NCBI GenBank assembly: GCA_963829985.1
Contig: CAWHKM010000006.1
Span: 133,770 to 197,769 of the forward strand
From: Rubricoccaceae bacterium
Lineage (GTDB): Bacteria > Bacteroidota > Rhodothermia > Rhodothermales > Rubricoccaceae
Length of the DNA stretch: 64,000 bases
Direction of reading: 5' to 3'
The notes under the pieces are model-generated. The model was not told where the DNA came from, did not search any database, and saw only the letters and a list, made by a program, of their open reading frames with translations. A program made the position numbers and the translations under genes. Below, piece after piece: positions 9,398 to 22,382 of the stretch (the first letter of the stretch is position 1; the number at the start of each line of letters is the position of its first letter).

Positions 9398-9430
9398 TGC
9401 CCAGCCCCGATGATCCCCTCCGCCCCTGCC

Positions 9431-10531
9431 ATGCCGACTGACAATTCCCGCCCCGCGAAGCTCGCCCTCGAAGACGGCACCGTCGTTGCCGGCCTGTCGG
9501 TTGGCGCGGCCGGCGAGGCGGCCGGCGAGCTGTGCTTCAACACCTCGATGTCCGGCTACCAGGAGATCCTCACCGATCCGAGTTACGCCGGGCAGCTCAT
9601 GATGATGACGTACCCGCACATCGGCAACTACGGCGCGATGGACGCCGCGACCGAGGCGGACCGCCCGCACGTGGCCGGCCTCATCGTACGGGCCTTCGCC
9701 CGGAACCCGTCCAACGCCGCGATGGAGGAGACGCTGGACGCGTACCTGCGCCGCCACGGCCTCGTCGGCATCACGGGCGTGGACACGCGGCGCCTCGTGC
9801 GGCACGTCCGCGAGAAGGGCGTGATGAACGCCGTCGTCTCGACCGAGACGCTCGACGACGACGCGCTCGTAGACAAGGCGCGGGCGCACCCGTCGATGGC
9901 GGGCCTCGAACTCGCGAGCCGCGTCACGACGCCTGAGGCCTACGACGTCGCGGCGTCCGGCAGCCCCCGCGTCGCCGTGGTCGACTACGGCGTAAAGCGC
10001 CACATCCTGCGCGAGTTCGCCCAGCGCGGCTGCGCCGTCCGCGTTTTCCCGTCGCACGCCCCGCTCGCGGACGTCCTCGCGTGGCAGCCCGACGGCGTCT
10101 TCTTCTCGAACGGGCCGGGCGACCCGCGCGCGATGCCCGACGCCGTCGCTGCCGTCCGCGGCGCCATCGACGCCGGCCTGCCCGTCTTCGGGATCTGCCT
10201 CGGGCACCAGCTTATGGCGCTCGCCGAGGGCCTGCCGGTGGACAAGATGAAGGTCGGGCACCGCGGCGCGAACCAGCCCGTGCTGCACGCCGAGACGGGG
10301 CGCGTCGAGATCACGACGCAGAACCACGGCTTCGCCGTGCGCGAGGACGGCGTGGACCCGGCCATCGCGACCGTCAGCCACCGCAACCTCAACGACGGCT
10401 CGGTTGAGGGCCTGCGCTTCGCGCGCTTCCCCGGCCTCTCGGTGCAGTACCACCCCGAGGCGTGTCCCGGCCCGCACGACAGCCGCTACCTCTTCGACGC
10501 CTTCCTGGACCTTATCCCGGCCCGCTCGTAG
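9431..10531 (+). CDS. carA: Carbamoyl-phosphate synthase small (glutaminase) subunit
   Basis: Lies in the 3' part of track ORF 8903..10531. Motifs present: LALEDGTVVAG, FNTSMSGYQEILTDPSYAGQ, GATase triad context GICLGHQ and HPE. An alternative ATG lies at 9410. Confidence 0.9.
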   Translation: MPTDNSRPAKLALEDGTVVAGLSVGAAGEAAGELCFNTSMSGYQEILTDPSYAGQLMMMTYPHIGNYGAMDAATEADRPHVAGLIVRAFARNPSNAAMEETLDAYLRRHGLVGITGVDTRRLVRHVREKGVMNAVVSTETLDDDALVDKARAHPSMAGLELASRVTTPEAYDVAASGSPRVAVVDYGVKRHILREFAQRGCAVRVFPSHAPLADVLAWQPDGVFFSNGPGDPRAMPDAVAAVRGAIDAGLPVFGICLGHQLMALAEGLPVDKMKVGHRGANQPVLHAETGRVEITTQNHGFAVREDGVDPAIATVSHRNLNDGSVEGLRFARFPGLSVQYHPEACPGPHDSRYLFDAFLDLIPARS

Positions 10532-10565
10532 ACCCGCCCGCTCACCCCCACACACGTTTTTCCTG

Positions 10566-10784
10566 ATGGCCAAGCAGCACAAGACCCTCGTCGTCCACTA
10601 CGCGCCGGGGCACCCGTCCGAGAGCGCCGACGCGCTCACCGAGCACCTCGACGCCGGCTGGCGCATCACGTCCTCGACCGCGATGGGCGGCGCGGGCGGG
10701 GCGACGGCGCCGCCGCAGTTCGCAGCGCTCGTCGTGCTCGAGCGCGAAGAAGAGCGCCGCGTCGGCGGCTTCTCCGGGGACTGA
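10566..10784 (+). CDS. Small hypothetical protein (72 aa, possibly DUF4177-like)
   Basis: ATG at 10566 within track ORF 10404..10784 (MAKQHKTLVVHYAPG ... GWRITSS ... ALVVLERE). Third positions are G/C-biased. The family guess is weak. Confidence 0.4.
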   Translation: MAKQHKTLVVHYAPGHPSESADALTEHLDAGWRITSSTAMGGAGGATAPPQFAALVVLEREEERRVGGFSGD

Positions 10785-10787
10785 TCC

Positions 10788-12193
10788 GTGCGCCTCGTGC
10801 CGCGACTGCCCCGTTTCGACTGGATCGTGCTGGCCGTGCTCGTCGCGTCCAGACTGGCGCTCATTGCGGCCGACGCGCCGCACCGGGCGCAGGTCGCGCG
10901 CGGCGAGATGCTGCCGTACGAGGAGATCTACTCCGGCCTCGCCGAGCACCTCGTCGGGACGGGCGTGTACGCGTGGCCGCCTCAGGACCCCGCGAGCGAC
11001 GTCCGCCGCCCGCCGGCCTACCCGCTGCTCATCGCCGCGACGATGGTCGTAGCGGGGCGCTCGTGGCCCGTCGTCATCCTGCTGTGGAACGTCGTCGGCG
11101 TGGTGGTGCTGTACCTCGGGCTGCTGCGGCTGCTCGCGATTCTCGGGCTGGGGCGCCGCGCCGCCGCCATCGCGTTTGCCCTCGACCTCGCGTGGCTTCT
11201 GTACTCGAAGGAGGTCGTGACCGAGCCCGTCTACACGCCGCTCCTCGTGTGGGCCCTCGTCCTCCTGCTCGAGGCGTCGCGGTCGGCCGAGACGCGCGCG
11301 GCGCTCGTCGCCGCGGCGCAGGCGGGCGCGCTGCTCGGGCTCAGCGCGCTGATGAAGCCGATCTCGCTGTACCTGCCGGTCGTCGTCGTCCCGTGGCTGC
11401 TCCTCGCGCGGGCTCGCGCCTCGCCCGGGGCGGTCGGGAAGGCGTCAGGGCTGGTGGGTGCGGCGCCTCGGGTCGGCGGGCGCGTTCGCCGCCGTCTTCC
11501 TGGTGTGCGTCGCGCCGTGGGCGGTCCGCAACCAGATCGTCCACGGCACGCTGAGCTTTACCTCGATCCAGAACGACAACCTGCTGTTCGCCCACGGCGG
11601 CTTCGTTCGCGCCGAGGTCGAGGGCGAGACGCTGCTCGAGGCGCAGGAGGAACTGGACACCCTGCTCACCGCGCGCCTCGCCGGCGGGCCTCGCACGTTC
11701 GCTGCCGTGAACGCCGAGAAGGCGCGCCTCGCGCGGGCCGTGCTGGCCGCGCACCCGCTCGTCTACGCGGGCTCGATCCTCCGCGGCGTCGCTGTCACGA
11801 TCTTCGACCCGGGGCGCCTCGTCTTCAACCGGACCCTCACGACGGAGGACACGCGGGCCATCGGCCTCACCAACACCGTTGCCCGCGACGGCATCCTGGG
11901 GACGGTCCGCGCGCTCGCGGCGCGGAGCCCGGTCACCGTTGGCGTGCTCGGCGCGTACAGCGTCTTTCTCGCCGCCGTCTTCGCCGTCGCCGTCTGCGGG
12001 ATTCTTCCGCTCGCGCGGGCGCAGCCGGCCGCGTTCTGGCTGCTCCTGCTCGTCGCCGGCTATCTGCTCGCGCTCGGCGGGCCCAACGGCTACGCCCGCT
12101 TCCGGCTCTACGTGTTCCCCGTCGAGCTCGTCTTCCTCCAGGCCGGCGCCGAGGCGCTCGGCCGCCGCTTTCGCTCACCCATCGACACCGCTC

Positions 12194-12210
<17 letters not shown>
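10788..12210 (+). CDS. Polytopic membrane glycosyltransferase (GT39/ArnT/PMT_2-like), interrupted by a 1-nt frameshift near 11440-11455 as sequenced
   Basis: The N-terminal piece is in track ORF 10788.. ([10 protein letters not shown] motif, many TM helices). The C-terminal piece is in track ORF 11458..12210 ([18 protein letters not shown] ...). The total span is 1 mod 3. Confidence 0.6.
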
Positions 12211-15065
<2,855 letters not shown>

Positions 15066-15332
15066 ACGACCGGTTCCGGCCATCGTTGCGGTCTGGCGCT
15101 GCGCGGTTTCGCCCCCGACCTCGTCCTGCCGGACTCGGTGGCCACCGCACAGCCGCCAGGCCTTCCGCGCCGCGCTCGCCGACGGCAGCGCTTCTATCCC
15201 GGTGGGCGGCTTCGGACGCTCTGTGTCGCGAGCATAAGGGTGCGCGCCTGACGCTCGGCGCGTTCATGAACGTGTCCGAGATGTCCGATGACACCCGCCG
15301 CCGGCTGCATGGCGCACCCCGGCGGCGTGCCG

Positions 15333-15500
15333 TCAGTCGCCGTCGTTGCGGTCGTGGAGCTGGAGGTCGACCTCGAACGGGTCGACGGCGAAGGCGAGGT
15401 CGGCCGCGCGGAGGCCGTTGCGCCAGAGGAAGGTGATGGCTGATGCGGGCAGCAGCACGAGGGCGACGGACGCGGCGGCGAGGGACTGGCGGAGGGTCAT
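15333..15500 (-). CDS. Hypothetical small membrane protein (55 aa)
   Basis: Hand-translated, since it falls below the track size cut-off: [30 protein letters not shown]...DRNDGD. It has one hydrophobic helix, and third codon positions are almost all G/C, as in real genes here. No homology was recognised. Confidence 0.3.
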   Translation of the reverse strand: MTLRQSLAAASVALVLLPASAITFLWRNGLRAADLAFAVDPFEVDLQLHDRNDGD

Positions 15501-15756
15501 AGCGGTGGGTGTTTGACGCAGTGCAGCATGTACTGCCGCACCGCGTCAAAGGTTGCAGGTCGGTCGCTACGAGGGACCACGCGTAAGGGCCTTTGCGAAC
15601 GCCTGGAGCGCGTCCGGCCTGGATCCGCGAGATCTACACCGCGCTCACGGGCTCACCTGCTGCCGCACCCGGACCGCGGTTCTGAGACGTCCCGATTCAT
15701 GCCCCGTCCGCCAACCCTGGCGGGCGGCCCGTCGTATACGCCCGAAACCAGAGGAC

Positions 15757-17130
15757 ATGCCCATGGACGGTTCCACTGTCGGCTCATCCCCCCGCAGTTC
15801 TGAAGCCGTCCCGCGGTTTCACTCCGTCGACAACGCGGCGGCGGCGGACGGCCTTGCGCCGCGCCCGCGCGTCGTCGTGGTCGGCGTGGGCCATGGCGGC
15901 CTCGAATGCGCCCAGGCGCTCAAGCGCGAGCCGGTCGACGTGACGCTCGTCGACCAGCGCAACTACCACACCTTCCAGCCGCTGCTCTACCAGGTTGCGA
16001 CGGCCGGCCTCGACGCCGACGACGTGACGCAGGCCGCGCGCCACATTTTCCAGAAGCAGGCCAACGTGGACTTTCGTCTCGGCACCGTCGTCGGCGCCGA
16101 CTTCGACGCGAAGCTCTTGCTGATGGACGAGGGCCGTCCGATCCCGTACGACGTCCTCGTGCTCGCGGCCGGCGCGACGACGGCCTACTTCGGCGTCGAG
16201 GGCGCCGAGGCATACGGCTTCCCGCTGAAGAGCGCCGAGGAAGCCGTCGAACTGCGCAGCCATGTGCTTCGGCAGTTCGAGGCGGCCAACCGCAACCCGG
16301 CCCTCGTCGACGAAGGCGCGACGACGGTCGCCGTCGTCGGCGGCGGCGCGACGGGCGTCGAGATGGCGGGCGCGCTCCACGAGCTCTTCCAGCGCGTCCT
16401 CGCCGACGACTTCCCCGCGCTCGACATCGGCGGCCGCTCGCGCGTGGTCCTCGTCGAGGGCGGCGGCGACCTGATGACGGCCTACGCCCCCGAGCTCCGC
16501 GCGTACACCCTGGCGCAACTCCGGAAGCGCGGCATCGACGTCCGCCTGAACACCCAGGTGGAGCGCGTGACGCCGGCCGGGGCCGACCTGTCGGACGGGA
16601 CACTGCTGAAGGCGCGGACCGTCGTGTGGGCGGCGGGCATCACCGCGGCCCCGCTCGCCGCTGCCCTCGGCGTCGAGACGACGCGCGGCGGGCGCATCGT
16701 CGTGGACGACGCGCTGCGGGTGCCGGGGCGCCCCGAGGTGTTCGTCGTGGGCGACATGGCCGGCGCGACGGACGCCGAAGGGAAGCTGTACCCGCAGGTC
16801 GCGCAGGTCGCGATCCAGCAGGGCCGCCACGTCGCGGCGCAGATGCGCGCCGCGGCGGCGGGCCACGCCCTGCGGCCCTTCCGGTACACCGACCTCGGCA
16901 ACATGGCGACGATCGGCCGCAACGCGGCGATCTTACAGCTCCCGAGCGGCTTCACGATGCGCGGGTTGCTCGCGTGGCTCGGCTGGCTCGTCGTCCACGT
17001 GCTGGCCCTCGCAGGCTTCCGCAACCGCATCGCGGTGCTGTTCTCGTGGGTCTACAACTACTTCACCTACGACCGCGGGCCGCGAATCATCTTCGCGCCC
17101 GGCCGTCCCGATCCGCCCGACCCGTCGTGA
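15757..17130 (+). CDS. ndh: Type II NADH:quinone oxidoreductase (NDH-2)
   Basis: Lies within track ORF 15553..17130, with the ATG at 15757 preceded by GAGGA. It has two dinucleotide-binding motifs (VVVVGVGHGG and VAVVGGGATGVE) plus a FVVGDMA motif. Confidence 0.85.
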   Translation: MPMDGSTVGSSPRSSEAVPRFHSVDNAAAADGLAPRPRVVVVGVGHGGLECAQALKREPVDVTLVDQRNYHTFQPLLYQVATAGLDADDVTQAARHIFQKQANVDFRLGTVVGADFDAKLLLMDEGRPIPYDVLVLAAGATTAYFGVEGAEAYGFPLKSAEEAVELRSHVLRQFEAANRNPALVDEGATTVAVVGGGATGVEMAGALHELFQRVLADDFPALDIGGRSRVVLVEGGGDLMTAYAPELRAYTLAQLRKRGIDVRLNTQVERVTPAGADLSDGTLLKARTVVWAAGITAAPLAAALGVETTRGGRIVVDDALRVPGRPEVFVVGDMAGATDAEGKLYPQVAQVAIQQGRHVAAQMRAAAAGHALRPFRYTDLGNMATIGRNAAILQLPSGFTMRGLLAWLGWLVVHVLALAGFRNRIAVLFSWVYNYFTYDRGPRIIFAPGRPDPPDPS

Positions 17131-17648
17131 CCCGTCTGCTCTGCCTCGCCGCCCTCGTCGCCCTCTCCGCCTGCCAGGACGCGCCGCCCGCGGCGCCCGC
17201 CCCGCCCGACACGCCGACGCCGGGTGCCGCGCCGGCCGCCTCGACGCCGCTGCCGTCTGCCGTCTCGGCGGACACCCTCAAGGCGCTCCTCCCGTCGCTC
17301 GTCGGCGACATGGCGCGCCAGAGCGTCACGGCGGAGCAGGACGCCGCGATGGGCCTGACGGTCTCGCGCGCCGAGGCCGTCTACGGCACCGGCCCACAGG
17401 CCGTGACGCTGCTCCTCTTCGACGTCGGCTCGGCCGAGGGCGCGCGCCTCATGAACCTCTCGGTCCCGCCGACGGGCCGCCTCAACGGCCGGCCCGTCCA
17501 GCGCAGCCAGACCGCGACGGAGTCCAGCGTCCGCCTCCAGGTCGGCGGGCGCTACATCGTCGAGGCGCGCGGCACCCGCGTCGGGATGGACCTGCTGGAC
17601 GTGTTCGTCAAGAGCATCAACCTCGCCGCGCTCCCCGGCGGCGCGTGA
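17127..17648 (+). CDS. Hypothetical lipoprotein
   Basis: GTG at 17127 overlaps the ndh stop (GTGA). A lipobox LVALSAC is present. Taken from the tail of track ORF 15906..17648. Confidence 0.55.
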   Translation: MTRLLCLAALVALSACQDAPPAAPAPPDTPTPGAAPAASTPLPSAVSADTLKALLPSLVGDMARQSVTAEQDAAMGLTVSRAEAVYGTGPQAVTLLLFDVGSAEGARLMNLSVPPTGRLNGRPVQRSQTATESSVRLQVGGRYIVEARGTRVGMDLLDVFVKSINLAALPGGA

Positions 17649-17672
17649 GCGGCTGGGCCTCCCGGCGGTAGC

Positions 17673-18809
17673 TTGCCCGAAACCTCCTGTCCGATGCCCG
17701 ACGCCCCGCTCGCCGTCCACGACTCGCCCGACCTCGCGGCCGTCCGCGACCTCATCTTCGCCGCCGACCGCCTCGTCCTCACGACGCACCTGCGCCCCGA
17801 CGGCGACGCCATCGGCTCCGAGATCGCGCTGGCCCGCGCGCTGATGGCAGCCGGCAAGACGGTCACGATCCTCAACACCGACGTCGTCCCGCGGACGCTC
17901 GACTGGCTCGTCGAGGAGCAGCCGGCGGGCCTCGTGCAGCAGGCCGAGTCCGGCAACCTCGCGCAGGCGCGCGCCGTCGCCGAGGCCGACGTGCTCGTGG
18001 TGCTGGACGCGAACGCGCGCCACCGCCTCGGCATCGCCGGCGACATGATCGCGCAGGCCGGCAAGCCGATCCTGCTCGTGGACCACCACCCGGACCCCGA
18101 GACGTGGTTCACGACGCCGTGCGTCCGCACCGACGCCTCGGCCGCCGCCGAGATCGTCTACGACCTCATCGCCGGCTACGACCCGGCCCTCATCGACCGC
18201 GCCGTCGCGACGGCGCTCTACGTCGGCATCATGACCGACACGGGCTCGTTCCGCTACGGCGCGACGACGCCGCGCACGCACGCCATCGTGTCGGACATCC
18301 TCGCGCGCGGCGACCTCCGGCCGGAGCCGATCCACGTCGCGCTCTTCGACGGCCGCTCGATCGCCAGCCTGCGCCTGCTCTCGGCCGCGCTCGCGACGAT
18401 CCAGACGCACTACGACGGCCGCTTCGCGACGATCATCGTCACGCAGAACACGATCCGCCAGACGGGCGCCTTCTTCGACGAAGCCGAGGGCCTCGTCAAC
18501 TACGCGCTCTCGCTCGACGGCGTCGTCGCGGCGTGCATCTTCCTCGAGCTGCCGTCGGGCGTCAAGCTGTCGTTCCGCTCCAAGGGCGACTGCCCGATCA
18601 ACACGTGGGCCAACGCCTTCGGCGGCGGCGGCCACGCCAACGCCTCGGGCGCCTACGTCGCCAACGAGACGGTCCGAACGCTGCTGCCCAAGGTCATCGA
18701 CGCGGCGCCGCTGCACATCATGGCGCAGCCCGGCGAGGCGGAGGCCACCGATGCCGACCTCTCGGACGACGACATGGCGCTGCTCGCGCAGTTCCAGGGG
18801 CGGCTCTGA
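17673..18809 (+). CDS. nrnA: DHH/DHHA1 phosphoesterase (NrnA-type oligoribonuclease/pAp phosphatase)
   Basis: Track ORF of 378 aa. Motifs present: DGDAIGS, LLVDHH, DTGSF, GGGGHANASG. An alternative start lies at 17694. Confidence 0.75.
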   Translation: MPETSCPMPDAPLAVHDSPDLAAVRDLIFAADRLVLTTHLRPDGDAIGSEIALARALMAAGKTVTILNTDVVPRTLDWLVEEQPAGLVQQAESGNLAQARAVAEADVLVVLDANARHRLGIAGDMIAQAGKPILLVDHHPDPETWFTTPCVRTDASAAAEIVYDLIAGYDPALIDRAVATALYVGIMTDTGSFRYGATTPRTHAIVSDILARGDLRPEPIHVALFDGRSIASLRLLSAALATIQTHYDGRFATIIVTQNTIRQTGAFFDEAEGLVNYALSLDGVVAACIFLELPSGVKLSFRSKGDCPINTWANAFGGGGHANASGAYVANETVRTLLPKVIDAAPLHIMAQPGEAEATDADLSDDDMALLAQFQGRL

Positions 18810-18936
18810 GGGGACCGGGCACCGGCGGCTGGGAACTGACGGAGGCGGTGCGGTTTGAGGGAAGACGCTCGGGCGGGTGAACCTCAGCCCTCGGCCGCAT
18901 TTAGTCCCCATTTCCCAGTCGCCCGATCCTTTCCCG

Positions 18937-20463
18937 ATGCCCCTCCACACCGACCTCGTCCACGGCCCGCTCGCCGACATCGCCGCCGACGCGCTCGTCC
19001 TGCCCGTCCGAAGCGCCCCACGGAGGACGCCCCCACGGGGGACGGCGCAGCCCACGTGCCTGCCGCCTTCGCGGAGGCCTTCGGGGCGGCGCTCGCGGCA
19101 GCCATCGAGGACGCGACCGTCTCGAAGAAGGCCGTGACGGTGCTGCGCGACGGCGACGGGCCGAAGCGCCTCGTCGTGGTGCGCGTGGGGGAGGGGATGG
19201 ACGCGTGGCGCATCGCCGCGGCGCAGGGGCTCCAGGCGGCCCGCGGCGTCCACGCCCGGCGCATCGCGATCGCGCTGCCCGACGCCGACGCGGCGGATGC
19301 CGCGGACGTCGCGGCCGCGCTCGTCGAGGGCGCACGCCTCGGCGCGTACCGCTTCGACACGTACAAGACGGCAGAGGCGCCGCCGGCCTTCACGCTCCAA
19401 CTCCACGCGCAGGGCGGCGACGCCGAGGTGCTCGATGCCGCCATCGTCGCTGCGGACGCGCGCGCCGAGGCGACAGCCATCGCCCGCGACCTCGTCAACC
19501 TCTCGCCGGACGAGAAGGTGCCGGCGATGCTCGCCGAGCGCATGGCGGAGCTCGGCGAGGTGACGGGCCTGCACGTCGAGATCTGGGGCATGGACCGCAT
19601 CCGGAAGGAGGGCTTCGGCGGCCTGCTCGGCGTCAACCGCGGCAGCCAGGACGAGGCGCGCTTCGTCTGGATCGAGCACGAGCCCGACGAGGCGACGGAC
19701 GCCCCGCCGGTCGTCCTCGTCGGCAAGGGCGTCACCTTCGACACGGGCGGCCTGTCGCTCAAGCCGACGCTCGGCTCGATGGACAAGATGAAGGCCGACA
19801 TGGGCGGCGCCGCGGCCGTCTTCGGGGCCGTCTACGGCGCGGCCGAGCTCGGCCTCCCGGTCCGCGTCATCGGCCCTCATCCCGATGACCGACAACCGCC
19901 CCGGCGAGCGCGCCGTCGTCCCGGGCGACGTGCTCCGGATGCACGGCGGCACGACGGTGGAGGTGATGAACACGGACGCCGAGGGCCGCCTCATCCTCGC
20001 CGACGCGCTGAGCTACGCCCGCGAGCTGCACCCGCGCCTCGTGGTCTCCGTCGCGACGCTGACGGGCGCGCAGGGCGTCGCCCTCGGCGACCGCGTCGCT
20101 GGCCTCGTCGTGCGGCCCGGCGACGAGGCGCTCGCCGAACTCATCCGGCAGGCCGGCGACGACACCGGCGACCTCGCGTGGCCGCTCCCGCTCTTCCCGC
20201 ACTTCAAGGACCAGCTGAAGTCGCCCGTCGCAGACCTCTCGAACGTCGGCGGGCCGATGGCCGGCACGATCACCGCCGCCGCCTTCCTCGAGCACTTCAC
20301 GCGCACCGCGGACGACGCCCCGGCCTACCCGTGGGCCCACCTCGACATCGCCCGCCCGGCCTCCCTCGACGCCGCGCACGGCTACCGCCCCGTCGGCGGG
20401 ACCGGCTTCGGCGTCCGCCTCCTTATCCGCCTCCTCGAGGAGATGGCCGAGGAGGCGGCCTGA
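18937..20463 (+). CDS. pepA: Leucyl aminopeptidase (M17), interrupted by two compensating frameshifts (about 19015 and about 19875) as sequenced
   Basis: The start MPLHTDLVHGPLADIAADALVLPV is in the frame of track ORF 18877... The middle part is in the frame of 18855.. (VGKGVTFDTGGLSLKP, MKADMGGAAAV). The end is in track ORF 19885..20463 (NTDAEGRLILADAL). The total span is 0 mod 3. Confidence 0.85.
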
Positions 20464-21456
20464 ATGCCGCGCCCGACGCTCCTGCTCACGCTCGGCGACC
20501 CCAACGGGATCGGCCCCGAAGTCGTCCTCAAGGCCGCGCCGCTCGTCGCGGACGTGGCCCGCGTCGTCGCCGTCGGCAGCGCCGCGGTGCTGGCGGAGCA
20601 GGCCCACGCGCTCGGGCTGGGAGGCGTCGCGGCGCTGGGCTCTCTGACCGATGAGGCGCCCGCCGGGGCGCTGGCCGTGCTGGACACGGGCCTGAGCGGC
20701 TTCTCGTGGGGCGAGACGACGGCCGAGGGCGGCCGGCAGGCCACCGCCGCCATCGAGCGCGCCGCGGCCCTCTGCCTCGCGGGCCAGGCCGACGGCATGG
20801 TGACGGCGCCGATCTCGAAGGAGGCGATCCACGCCGCCGGCTCGCCGTTCCCCGGCCACACCGAGATGCTCCAGGCACTGACCGGCGCCGGGACCGTCGT
20901 GATGGTCCTCGCCGCGGACCTGCCCGCGGGCCCGCTCCGCGTCGCCCTCGTCACCGTCCACGTCCCCGTCTCGGCCGTCGCCGGCCTCGTCACTCCTGAG
21001 CGCATCGCCGCGGTTTGCGAGACGCTCGCCGCGGCGCTGCGCGTGGATCTCGGCATCGCGAGCCCGCGCCTCGCCGTCCTCGGCCTGAACCCGCATGCCG
21101 GCGACGGCGGCATCCTCGGCACCGAGGAGCGCGACGTCATCGCGCCCACGCTCGCCGCCCTCCGCGACCGCGGCATCGACGCCACCGGCCCGTTCCCCGC
21201 CGACGCCTTCTTCGGCCGCGGGGGATGGACGCGCGCCGACGCCGTCGTGGCGATGTACCACGACCAGGGCCTCGCCCCGTTCAAGGCGCTCGCCCAGGGC
21301 GCCGGCGTCAACGTCACGCTCGGCCTGCCCATCGTCCGCACGAGCCCGGACCACGGCACTGCCTTCGACGTCGCCGGCCGGGGCATTGCGGATTCGTCCT
21401 CGATGGTCGCCGCGATCCGCATGGCCGCCGACATGGCCCGCCGCCGCGCTGCCTGA
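20464..21456 (+). CDS. pdxA: 4-hydroxythreonine-4-phosphate dehydrogenase
   Basis: Track ORF of 330 aa. Motifs present: GDPNGIGPE, PGHTE, GLNPHAGDGG, YHDQGL, SPDHGTAFD. Confidence 0.9.
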   Translation: MPRPTLLLTLGDPNGIGPEVVLKAAPLVADVARVVAVGSAAVLAEQAHALGLGGVAALGSLTDEAPAGALAVLDTGLSGFSWGETTAEGGRQATAAIERAAALCLAGQADGMVTAPISKEAIHAAGSPFPGHTEMLQALTGAGTVVMVLAADLPAGPLRVALVTVHVPVSAVAGLVTPERIAAVCETLAAALRVDLGIASPRLAVLGLNPHAGDGGILGTEERDVIAPTLAALRDRGIDATGPFPADAFFGRGGWTRADAVVAMYHDQGLAPFKALAQGAGVNVTLGLPIVRTSPDHGTAFDVAGRGIADSSSMVAAIRMAADMARRRAA

Positions 21457-21535
21457 CCTGCTGACGCGCACTTGCGCAGCGACTCGCAGAAGCCAACGCG
21501 ACTACGCGGAAGCCGGATGCGGTTGCGCGGCGTCT

Positions 21536-22324
21536 ATGAGCGTTTCCTCAGAGCCCGACTCCCAGACTTCCCACATGGCCGACCCCTACTCGCTCCTCGC
21601 CGCCGGCTACGATGCCGTCATGGAACACGTCGACTACGCGATGTGGGCCGAGCACGTGCAGCGCCTCATCGACCAGCACCGCCCCGGCGCCTCGACGGTC
21701 ATCGAGCTCGGCTGCGGGACCGGCGCGCTCGCCGAGCAGCTCCAGCCGCTCGGCCCCGAGCCCGCCGGCTACGCCTACCGCGCCTTCGACGGCGCGCCGG
21801 CGATGGTCGAGGCCGCCCGCGAGGCGACCGTCGCCTCGCCCGTGGTCTTCGGCATCCTTGACTTCCGCGAGCCCGTCCCCGGCCCGCCCGCAGACGTCGT
21901 TCTCCTGCTCTACGACGGCCTCAACTACCTTCTCGAGACGGCCGACGTCGCCGTCCTCTTTGAGCGCATCGCCAGCGCGCTCGCCCCCGGCGGCATCGCC
22001 ATCGTGGACCAGTCCACACCCGCCAACTCGCTCAACCACGCCGAGGACTTCGACGACGCCGGCGACACCGAAGCCTTCGCCTACACCCGCACGAGCCGCT
22101 TCGACGCCGCCTCCGGCCTGCACACGACGATCTTCAGCCTCACCGAGCCCGGCCGCCCGGCCGTCGTCGAGACGCACGTCCAGCGCGCGTACACGCTCGA
22201 CGCCGTCCGCGCCCTTATCGCTGCGAGCCCCCTCGCGGAGCGCGCCGCCTACGCCGAGTTCTCGACGCGCCGCGCCGGCCCGACGACCGAGCGCGTCCAC
22301 TGGGTCCTCGAGCGGGAGCGTTAG
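21536..22324 (+). CDS. Class I SAM-dependent methyltransferase
   Basis: Tail of track ORF 21095..22324. SAM motif I VIELGCGTGAL is present. An alternative ATG lies at 21575. Confidence 0.7.
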   Translation: MSVSSEPDSQTSHMADPYSLLAAGYDAVMEHVDYAMWAEHVQRLIDQHRPGASTVIELGCGTGALAEQLQPLGPEPAGYAYRAFDGAPAMVEAAREATVASPVVFGILDFREPVPGPPADVVLLLYDGLNYLLETADVAVLFERIASALAPGGIAIVDQSTPANSLNHAEDFDDAGDTEAFAYTRTSRFDAASGLHTTIFSLTEPGRPAVVETHVQRAYTLDAVRALIAASPLAERAAYAEFSTRRAGPTTERVHWVLERER

Positions 22325-22382
22325 CTGGGCCGCCGGCGCGCACGCCGCGCGCGGTACCTTGCCAGCCCCAGCCCGCGACGCC

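Noticed and set aside
9195-9430. Known cis-regulator (PyrR binding loop, T-box, riboswitch) in the carA leader
   Set aside because: I could not recognise any of the conserved cores by eye. Only the generic hairpin plus U-tract is supported.
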